Positions 13,252-23,842 of a stretch of DNA of 64,000 nt are shown piece after piece. The notes below the pieces were generated by a model. It searched no databases and had not been told where the DNA came from. It worked only from the letters and a program-made list of their open reading frames with translations. The DNA comes from Trichoplax adhaerens (lineage: Eukaryota > Animalia > Placozoa). The position numbers and the translations under genes are program-made. The stretch is from positions 351,502 to 415,501 of the forward strand of contig NW_002060975.1 of assembly GCF_000150275.1 (NCBI RefSeq), written 5' to 3'. Each line of letters begins with the position of its first letter. Position 1 is the first letter of the stretch.

Positions 13252-16200
13252 CTATTCGTAGTCTCTATCTCTTTCGCGACGACGATGTCTGTCCCTATCG
13301 CGATCCCTATTTCTTTCTCGGTCACGATCTACCGGGACATCTCTATCTTCTTCTCTTGCATTTTTAAGATGGGTCGGCGATCGTGAACTGCAATTACAAG
13401 AAGTATCATCTTATAAGTAAAGAAGTCTTATAGTATTTTATGCTGCATGAGTATAGCAAACAATATTCCGGAAAAGGATTATTATATAGTAGGTCTCAAA
13501 TTTTTAAAGCCAATTAAAAACAATTCGAAGGCTATATCAATTATACCTGGTGATATGTCTATGGCCATACAATTTTTTTCTAAAACATCAGAAATTGCAT
13601 TAGATTGTGCCAAAACTTACGTTCAAAAATATATTAGTACGTACTGTATATATAGAATGTTGACGATTGCAGATCGTATTTACCTTAAACTACGCGATAT
13701 CGGCTTTAAATGCATAAAATTACAGAATCCCCCACGAGTACATTCCCTACGAAAATGTAACAACAAAAAAATGGATACTATATTATGCTCGGCAGATTTT
13801 TGGATCGACGGCATTTACATCATGTAACGCAAATGACAATTTACCCCATCTCATATTGTCTACAACAGGCTTCCCTGAAAGATTAAACATGTATCATCTC
13901 GGTGAGAATGAATCAAATATAAAATCACTCAGTGAACAATAATACCTGAAATCCGTTACTGGTGATAGCTCAGCAAAGATAGGATTACCTGGTAGATATA
14001 TGCACATAAATCACGAACATTTACTGCTTATGCAATTAAATTAAAATTGTTGCTATTTCAAATTTAGTGAATTAAAGAAACCCACCATTGAACCATCGAT
14101 TGTTCAAACTATTGACAGCTGCGCTCGCATGTTCTTCAGATCGAAACTATAAAAAAGTTTAGAAGAGGTCTTGAGGCGACATCACAATGCTACAATCAGT
14201 TTCAATCAAGTAGATACAGTACTCTAGAAAGACCTACCTTAACGTATACATTTCCAACAAGATGGTCTCCAAGATTGTCACAGACGTTCATTTCTTCGAT
14301 TTCTCCATACTAAATATCGTATTTAAATCAAATTACAAGCGAATTTTAGATCTTAATTCCGGATGTCAGACAAAGGGTTAAATCATAGCTGCATAATACT
14401 GTCGTAACAGATAAGTTTGCTATCTGAACGTAACGTAATGCAACAACAAGTATTTTACTCTGACCTTTTCTTCCAGTTCGACGAAAATATCCTAAACATT
14501 TTGAAGGCAAGGAGATAGAACTTGTTTATTTCCATCACGACATAGTAAACATTGTTAACGTCTTTACTCACCTCATAATAATGATCGAAATGCTTTTGAG
14601 CATCTTCATCTGACATATTCGACTCTGTTAAAGGAACATATAAAATAATCAGTGCTAAACATTTGACTAATCGCACGAGCTGGTAATTGTAATCGGTCAA
14701 CAGTGCCATAGGACAGTCCGCCTTGTGAAATCGCAACAGACTTAATGAATAATAATTCCAGAAATGGATTGCATGTTTACAACTATAAGGCGTCATTGGA
14801 TACGAAGAATACAAATATAGTTCACGAATTTGTAGTTGATAGAAGCCGACGAAAGATAAGCAGAGATCTATAGTGCTCTTGGTATAATACAATAAACTAG
14901 AAATAAATAATCTGCAGTCAAGGAAGTAATATCTGTCTCAAATGTTTACCGTCAACTGTGCTAATATGAGTTTCAAATGCATAATAATACCTTAACAATT
15001 TTCTCTACTGGATTAATCTAAAGATTAAAACTCTTGAAAATGAATTACTCAAACGTAAAGCGTGTATTTGGCATAATGAAAGGTAATACAATTACCGCAC
15101 TAAATTACCTGATCATGTAATCTTGTATAATTAATATACAGTATCTTGCTTATTAGACAAACAGTAACCGTTCGCTATTAACTTAACAACGTCAAATGTG
15201 GTGATATCACTGAGTGTGCAAGTACCATTAACCTATCAATGATACTAATTTACGAATTATTTCATAAACTATAATGTAAAAATTCGTTAACAATTTATGA
15301 AATTGCAATCCTATTTCATAACAAGCGATGCTGCATCTGATAAGAGTATAAATCATGAAGGCAAAAATAAGACTGCAACACGTTCAATAAGGCGAAACCA
15401 CGTTTTTCTTACGTGCTTTGCGTGTTTTAGGAAAGTTAGCTACAACCCTCAAAGTTAAATTTTATTAGTATATATAGATTATATATTGATTCGATTCTTA
15501 GTTACTATTATAACAATCACGCAAATAATCGTCTTTAGCTTCGTCTAAACATGTATAAGCTGTAAAATAAGCAGGTTTAAGTGATGGGTAGCTAAAGAAA
15601 GAACAAGGGAAGTTAGTGTCGAAATTGACATCAAATATGCGTATAGTTACACTCTGGCAGTACGGCAGATTGCATTCTTAGTCTAAATATAATTTCACTT
15701 TGACCCATAGCTTTCGAGCGTAATATGAAGAAAAATAGTAATAGAACCTAGAGAAAGATATTTTGGACTTTCCCCTATCTGTTATAGGACATATAGCAAA
15801 ATTATTGAAATTTTAATGTTTACAGAATCCAAGTGTGTACAAAAATAACGCGAAATAACGTATTTATGATACTGATGTAGACGATTTCGAACGTAACGAT
15901 ATCACGATATATCAAGCATAGCAAAGAGGGTCGTCTATTACCCACAAGTGATGGTAGACTTACTGTACGAGCCATCCGCTAACTGAACGGTATGTTGTGG
16001 ATTTTGAAAGATATTTTGCATAACAATTGTCTAAAATCAATTGAGAAAAGGCATTACAAATAGGAAGGAAAGATATTAACGATAAGCTACAATGGTTACA
16101 TGTTATTACTGTAGCACAGCCTGTACGCTGCAATGGCAACTTTATATCACGAATTTTAATTTTTGATGCATTAACTATATACCTTAATACGTGCTACATC

Positions 16201-18098
16201 ACCGTATAGAGTAAATACAATTTGAATTGGCTAAATAGCAACTACTTCAATAAGTTGCTTAAATTTAACTTTAATTTATAATGTTGATATCGTAAAATAG
16301 TATTACAAACGAACTATAATTTTTAAGCGTAGGAGTGTTCTGCCTTCACTCTCGCGAAGGTAAGTATAAATAAACGATACACTTTGGTACTATCGCAAGA
16401 TGGCTAATTTCAACTGGATTAGCTAATAGTAAGACGAGCACATATTTCTAAGATAAATTTAACCGAGTTCATCATTACAGCATAATACAGTATTAAGTTT
16501 GATAGATGATAAAACAGATACTGAAAGTTATATTTTTTACCTGACTAAACGTAGGTTTATTATGAAGTCTTGAGCATCTTTCTCCGTGGCGACAGGCACC
16601 AATTTTAAAATAGAACGAGCAATTTACTCTAAAATAAAGTGAAAAAGCATAAGATGGATAGTACCATTTTAAGTTAAGACATACGAGTACAGAAAAATAC
16701 TGTATTTTACTATAAGCATTATCTCGTACTTGCAATGCATCTATCATCACAACTGTTTGATGCCTACTAAACTATCAAGTGTATACTGCATCGCCTGGGT
16801 GTAAAAATAATACTGCAGTAAATCTACTACTGTAGGTATGACATATATAGTGTAGACGATTAAAGATGAAATTTGAAACCACTATACTGTCAATACTATA
16901 TAAGCTTAACTAGTAAACTGGCTTCGAACTCTGCTTACTAATGTACACTATCTTCATTTCAAGGATCATTAGCTTATCTAAATCCTAATTTACATTACTG
17001 TACATGGTATTGTGTTAGAATAGCGAAGCAGCTAATCAACAGTTGCTCAGGCAAGAGGATACACGGATGAAATTCTGGAATAAGATAATGGATCCGCTTG
17101 GAATGCGTACGCTCACGCTTACGCTTATGCTAAATTTTAGAATATTTCAGCTGAGACCCTAAGATTAAGTACGCTTGCATAGCCGTATATCTATCTATTC
17201 GTCTCTAATTCATTGATATGATATAAATCGCATGTACGATCATTCAGATGATACATTTTGAGCCTACCAATTTCACAAATGTTTTAGTGTGTACGTGTAC
17301 AGTATATATATATATAGACGCGTGTAATTGATCGTATACGTGTACAACTATTAGCGAAAAGGAGCGAAAAGAAGTAAGATGTGGAGACAGTAAGAAATTA
17401 CTTTTGCTACTTATTCCGTCAAGTTACACCATTTCTTGATGATGCCAGTTTAACAATCTATTGTCTCCTATCAAGACGAATCGACTGTCTAAATTACACC
17501 TACACGACTTCTCAAAAGTTCGCTGGCCATTTGAGTACTGTACAGAGTACAACTGTACATGCTGAGAAGCTTTCTCATCACTACCTGCCCGATCTTCATT
17601 ATTACTCAAGCATCTACATCAGAATGAGTTTCACTGTGATCGTCCTTTAACGTGGTTTGTATAGCAATCCGCTGACACTACTGCCTGTGTTTATTAGACT
17701 CGAAAAAATAGTATCCTCGATGAATGTGATTGATGACTGCTGTTGGGAGTCAATTACGCTATCTTCATCGTTTAACTTTGAAAGCTTGGAAGTGATACAG
17801 AATCAATTGTCAATTTCCACTTTATACCAGTGATATCTACTTTCGAAGGCCAATGTATTCATAGTAAAACTTCACAACAACGCAAAATTAAGGATTTTAA
17901 AATGGTCAAGGAAATTTCTCAACTATGTCCTGTACGAATCTCCTCTACCATTCCGATGGTATTGGGAGTCAAATTTAGCCCATCAGATTGTATTTAAATG
18001 CCATTTTCTTGAATTTACGCCTACTATTTTCCCTCTATCTATACATCTGCTTACTTGTCCTTTTCTGTGCCAAAGATGGAAGCTAAATACTCCGCCAT
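13252..18098 (-). CDS. U2AF1: Splicing factor U2AF small subunit (U2AF35), 12 coding exons
   Basis: Exons 18098-18055, 16628-16541, 16030-15964, 14624-14572, 14491-14465, 14309-14238, 14146-14086, 13988-13946, 13874-13845, 13746-13684, 13579-13547, 13387-13252, all GT-AG and phase-compatible. They translate to [44 protein letters not shown]...[25 protein letters not shown]...NNRWFNG...[37 protein letters not shown] (ZnF-UHM-ZnF). Confidence 0.98.
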
Positions 18099-18751
18099 GT
18101 CTTTGAAAGTTCAGTGAATCAGCAAAGGCTTTCAAAACTGTCTATGAAAAACGGCACGATGACGATTCACACACCATCTACGCGACCCGTCGCGTTGGAG
18201 AAGATCGAAAAGCAGCGGTAAAGTGACAATCTTTACAGCTTTTTGTACTGAAATGCTATACCATGACTGTTACTGGACTCCACTGTTACCACTACTGTAC
18301 TGAACAGTAGAAAGTAAAGTGAAAGATACTGCTTTGGTACAGTACACTGTACACTGTACACTGTATTCGCTGACATGGCTGAGTCTAGACCTGAGAAAGG
18401 TTCGGTTCAATACCTTTATGGTCTCTATGGCTGACTCATAACTGTGAAAAATTGGACTCCAAATCCAATACTGTTAAGTCACTGCACTACCGTACAGTGT
18501 ACAGTACTTACAGTACAGTACTGTGCACTGTAGACTATTGTAGTCATCGCGATTGTACTGTACTGTACTGTTTGCGCATGATTAACATACTGTACTGTAC
18601 ACTGAGTACAGTAGTAATGGTGTACACTCACAGTACTGTACTGTACTGTACACTATCATTGAGCGAGCGACTGCAGTAAAAGTACGTCACTACTTGGATG
18701 AGTTCAGAAAACTGGACGAGTGATCCGCGGTGAAGGAATTCAAAACTAATC
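18099..18751. promoter_or_regulatory. Putative bidirectional promoter shared by U2AF1 and PSENEN
   Basis: The divergent start codons at 18098 (minus) and 18752 (plus) are separated by only 653 bp. The interval holds ACTGT/ACAGT arrays, AGACCTGAG (about 18387), TGACTCA (about 18432) and a CRE-like ACGTCA (about 18684). Confidence 0.7.
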
Positions 18752-20574
18752 ATGAATCTGGAAAAAACTACTGATGAAGAAAAAGTCAACGTCTGTAGAC
18801 TATATACCAATCCGTTTTCGTTAAAGTTTAAAATGCTATAGGTTCAAGCATTAACTGTGTTGCTGTCTTGCATCATCGATGGTAGTATGCTGTCGGAGTA
18901 AATAAGAATACTACGGTAGTTAGGATTCGTTGATAACCGGTACACAAGATGAATTTCGTGATTATACAATAGAATTATTATATATTGTAAAAGCCAATCT
19001 TTGGACACTGTTTGTAAAAGTGCATTAACAAGTGTAGGGTATAGTTAGATATACTATTACTGTAAGGTAAGGTAGTGTATAGAATTCCAGACGGATGCGT
19101 TATCCAATGGTACAGTAGTTGCGAAAGATGTTATGCACTTCGGCCACTATATGATTATGTTATACAGTATGTTGTATGTAATTATTAACTGTTCAATGAC
19201 GTACTTTGTGTTTACGTTTGAAGCTGTGCAAGTGATGATATATTGTAGACATATACGTTAAAGCTTAAAGGGAAGCTTTTTAGTCTACGCTTAGCGATCA
19301 GTATGGCAGTAACGACAGTACTGGAATTAAATTCTCGATTTACGTAGATGATGATTACACTAGATTTTATCAAAATTGATCTTGCAGATAAGTTGCATCA
19401 TACGCGTACGTAGGCAAACCGTAAACGTAAGTAGTACTTACTGTGCAGTAAGGATGTACTTACGGTACTCTAATGTATGGTGTACTTTACATTATATGTG
19501 TCAGTAGTTTACTGGACGTAATCATCTACTGTATACAGTACGCGTATACTATATAGATGTACAGTTACTTAGAAGATTAATGGCAACTACTTGCAATGTT
19601 GTGCAGCAGTTTCGGATGTAAGAATCGACTTTTAGGAATGTAATCCCTTTCCAAAGTCGGGTGAAACGTAGTTAAATACTGTTATTAGTCTAGTATGAGT
19701 TGACTGGGCACATAAAAATGTCTCTTACAACGCTAAACTTTTCCATGGAATATACGTAGTATGGTATTTCATCCTCTGGCTGCAACGAAGAACGTTACTA
19801 TAACTACATATGCACAGAGTGTAACATAGGCTAAAATTCAACTGAGTTTTAGTTTACATTATTGAACGCCTTTGCTGCTAAAGTATACATAAATTAATTG
19901 CTCTATTTTGGCAATCACTTCTTTACTTCGAGTCACTGGAAGAATTAATATATGAGTTTTCCTACGCATACTTAAGAATAAAAGAACAGATACCATAGTC
20001 ATTCATCTAGATAATGATTATACTTTGATCGCTATTTTTCATAAATTGTGATAATGCCTTGCTCATGTTGTCAAGAATCAATAACGATTTGAATGACTTA
20101 TCTTCACTTTTTGTCTACATTGTTTTCTGCCTTCTTGTTCTTGTTATCGTGATTACATTATAGGGTTGGATTCTTGTTTCTACCATTTGCATGGGTAATT
20201 AATATTGTATGGTTTTATAAATATGCTTTTACAACACCACCTTTCCAAGGCCAAGCCGAAATTAAAAAGTGTAAGCTGACTACAACAAAACCGGCATATT
20301 TCTAAATAGCTTTGCTTCATAGTTAACGCAATAAATTTGAATCCTACTGCTACTGAGTCTGCACTTAAGGGACATTCTAGTTTATTGAAACTTAATAAAT
20401 CATAGACTATAATTTAATTTAATTATTATATTTACAGATGTTATTAGGTCAGCTATCGGAACTATCATCTTTCTGATAGCGTTCATCATTTGGAATGTTG
20501 AATTTCAGCGAAATCGTCAAAGTTGGGGAGCGATTGGAGATACCTTATCTTTTGTCATACCGAAAGGAGCGTAA
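18752..20574 (+). CDS. PSENEN: Gamma-secretase subunit PEN-2 (100 aa), 3 coding exons
   Basis: Exons 18752-18803, 20157-20270 and 20438-20574 give MNLEKTTDEEKVNVCRLYYRVGFLFLPFAWVINIVWFYKYAFTTPPFQGQAEIKKYVIRSAIGTIIFLIAFIIWNVEFQRNRQSWGAIGDTLSFVIPKGA*. This is colinear with human PEN-2 ([30 protein letters not shown]...WGALGDYLSFTIPLG). The exact intron 1 junction is uncertain (see findings). Confidence 0.95.
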
Positions 20575-21499
20575 TCCCAATGGGTTAATTTATAATTTTT
20601 CCTACTTAATACAGCAATTGATTGAGTTACCAAAATCGAATTCTCATTATTTACGCATATCTATGCTAGCGATTTGCTGCAACCTTATTTGTTAATGTCG
20701 TATCAACTACGTTACAGTATATAGTACATGCAGCGATCAAGGTATATTTCATTATTGCTGACTTAAAAATGATGGTCTGTTTGCCTACAATAACGATATA
20801 ACAACGATAGAGCTGTAAAAAAATTGACGAATTTTAATCGTTCCATTTACTGAACGTACTAGTCTCTCTTTTCGACCACAAAGACTATGCATGATGTTAT
20901 GTTAAAATTGTTCTGCGTTGTTTCTAATTTTATTGTACATAAATTATCCATGTATCGTTTATCAATAACTTGATGTATATGATCCGAATACAAAAGAGTG
21001 AATATTAAAAATTGAGCAAGCGTTGAAAATGACATCGTTAATGATTAATGTGATTGATTAATATGGCGTAAATAGTTCCTTTCATTTTATGAATTCATTA
21101 GCGTTCGTTGATCATTCCTTCATAGCAGATGTAAGGTATGACAAATGCATTCGTTGTAGTCCTGTCATCACTAAAAAAAAATGATATACAATACTTTAAC
21201 ATTCTTTTGAAGGAAGGAAAAAATTCACTTCAAGTTCCGAGGATATACTCGTACATAGCTAATCAATCAATCAATCAATATCCAGCTTACTACACGTGTG
21301 TCATCTGCACTGCAAATGACTGCCGTTCTAGTGGTGTTGTACAATTAGTTTCAATATTATATTATCTACTGTAGTATTCATATTTTGCACACTTGAGAGC
21401 GTATGCATTGTGCAACCAATTTACTGTATATGTGATAAGTTGGAGTGGTTAACCATTGACCGATGTCATTAATGTTGTGCTTGTCCGTATTTTTTTTGA

Positions 21500-22200
21500 A
21501 TGATCAACTTAGTACAGTTATATTGTATACTTTCTACAGTATGTATACATTACACTAGCACCAACACCTACAGTCCACATGATACCGACTGTACAATGTA
21601 CATGATGTACATTGCACAGTATCCAAGTGCTAAAGCAGAGACTTGTGAAGAGGAAACCGATTTCCTCTTCAAGGTCCTTACAAATAAGCAAGGTCAAGCT
21701 TGTAGCCCGTACTTGATCTACCGTGGTGTACAGTGTACAGTACAGTAGAGTAGTACAGGGCTGTATTGTACACTGTACACTGTACAGTACAGTACTGTAC
21801 TGTACAGTACGCTGAGTATCTGAGTAATCGGGGTTATTATGGCTGGGCCTACTGTACAGTCAGCACTCAGCAGTACTACCGTATGTTGCACAGTGCATAC
21901 TGAGCACTAGTGAGCAGTCTACAGTACAGTACTGAACATGGCGTTTGAGCGTCTGATCTTGGATTGAACAAAACACTATACCGCTTTGTATGGTACACAA
22001 GCACAGTACTGTATGCAGTTGGCAAAGGCTTTACTGTAGACTGTAGAGTATGTACTGTAAAAGCAAAATGAAACAGTGTTGCTGTGTTTCGTATCGCCTC
22101 AGCCCACAATGCAGTGCAAACTGTACAGTACACTGTACTGTACAGTAATGGATACCAGTACAGCAGCACAGTACAGTTTGCTGTGCGAGTACAGTATATT
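21500..22200. promoter_or_regulatory. ACTGT/ACAGT array with a perfect 30-bp palindrome (21779-21808); putative promoter of the RhoGEF gene
   Basis: Same word composition as the SORL1 and U2AF1/PSENEN upstream regions, followed by an exon-like stretch ending at a GTAAGT donor (22502). Confidence 0.45.
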
Positions 22201-22501
22201 CAAAGTGAGGACGGTAAACTAAAGGTCATTTATGAAGTTCGCTTATCCTTCGCATCACCGTTACAACTTGGCAGTCGTGTAGTCGTGTACAATATTGCAG
22301 CCCTTCCCTTGACTTGATTCTTCTGCCTTCACTAAATCATCAACAACGAAGGAGATAAAGCCAACTTGGATCATTCACTGTGTATAGTTTACTGAATTCC
22401 CGACAAATTGAAGAGCACTTATGTCGATTTAGTTGAACGATACGGACTGGATTGACAGTACCTCATTGGGCCTTGTGCGTATATCAACAAAACTGCGATA
22501 T
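22200..22501 (+). other. Probable non-coding first exon of the RhoGEF gene (start position approximate), followed by a ~7.3-kb first intron
   Basis: Perfect donor GTAAGT at 22502 just downstream of the promoter-like array. The RhoGEF start exon has an acceptor (attatag) at 29827 and an in-frame upstream stop before ATG 29893, so an upstream UTR exon is expected. Confidence 0.45.
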
Positions 22502-23271
22502 GTAAGTATCATGCAATCAATCATTTCCTAATTTTGTTTGCAGTATTGTGCTGTACTTGAATGATCGCGTCGAAAATTCACTATGGATGGATATTCTCGT
22601 ATTTGCCAAATCGATACGATCTTGTATCATTGATAGACAGCGCTAGCACTGTACTACTACACCTACCTTGACCGTTCTTCATCCTTGCTGACCGCCGGCC
22701 TAAATGTTGACTGCATCATCATGCTCGATGTGATGACGTTACTTACTGTATCTAGTAATCTAGTATGATCGATATTGCTAAGATAGTCAAAACTAGTCAT
22801 GATCTCGTCGACCGAGTTGTAGGCTATGGTTAACGATAATTAATTTAGCAAATACTTGAACGTGCATCAATGTGTCCAGTGTATGGTGACAGTGCCTATT
22901 TTAGCATGCCACAATGTAGTACTTGTTGTACAGTAGACTAAAAGTGTTGCCTACTGTGCTGGATACTGCTCTACACGTACAGTACTGTATAGTACAGTCT
23001 ACAGTACGTGATTGTGTTTTAGCACAACATCAACGGTATACTGTACACTATAATATCGCACCGGTGACGAGATTCGCTGTACTTTATATGTACACAGTAT
23101 GAACGATCTTATATATATACAGTAGTATGATATTTACTGGACACTTCCACAGTTTGCATACTGAATCCCTGCACTAATGACATTGCAACATCAACAATTG
23201 CTGTTCAACAGATCCGATCATCAATTGATAGTATTCCGTTATCGGCTGAATAAAAGCTAAATATATTGGAG

Positions 23272-23842
23272 TCATCCGTGAACAAGTCTTATGTAGGCAA
23301 CATTTCACGATCATTTCCCTATACAGCGGCGTAAAAATAAGCCATGTTTGAATATTACTAGAACCCGTACAGTAGGCTGTATGCTAATCGATGCTAAGCT
23401 ACTTATGCATACAGAACGACTCCTAAAAACGACCACTGTCGTAAATTAGAAACTTTTCCATCATCCGTGAACAAGTCTTATGTAGGCAACATTTCACGAT
23501 CATCTCCCTTTTCAGCGGTGTAAAAATAAGCCATGTTTGAATATTACTGGAACCCGTACAGTAGACTGTATGCTAATCGATGCTAAGCTACTTATGCATA
23601 CAGAACGACTCCTAAAAACGACCACTGTCGTAAATTAGAAACTTTTCCATCATCCGTGAACAAGTCTTATGTAGGCAACATTTCACGATCATCTCCCTTT
23701 TCAGCGGTGTAAAAATAAGCCATGTTTGAATATTACTGGAACCCGTACAGTAGACTGTATGCTAATCGATGCTAAGCTACTTATGCATACAGAACGACTC
23801 CTAAAAACGACCACTGTCGTAAATTAAAAACTTTTCCATCAT
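23272..23842. repeat. Tandem repeat, 3 near-identical copies of a 189-bp unit
   Basis: TCATCCGTGAACAAGTCTTATGTAGGCAAC recurs at 23272, 23461 and 23650. Copies 2 and 3 are almost identical; copy 1 differs at a few positions. Confidence 0.95.

Noticed and set aside
14625-16540. A duplicated mutually exclusive exon 3 (vertebrate exon Ab) in U2AF1
   Set aside because: I found only one 67-nt exon (16030-15964) and no paralogous copy in the flanking introns by eye, consistent with the duplication being vertebrate-specific.
18452-18679. YSTV/CTV-rich ORFs here and at 9890-10138, 10321-10641 and 21876-22317
   Set aside because: They are translation artefacts of the ACTGT/ACAGT low-complexity arrays.
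20495-20695. 66-aa ORF from the track
   Set aside because: It is an alternative frame overlapping PSENEN exon 3 and its 3' UTR.
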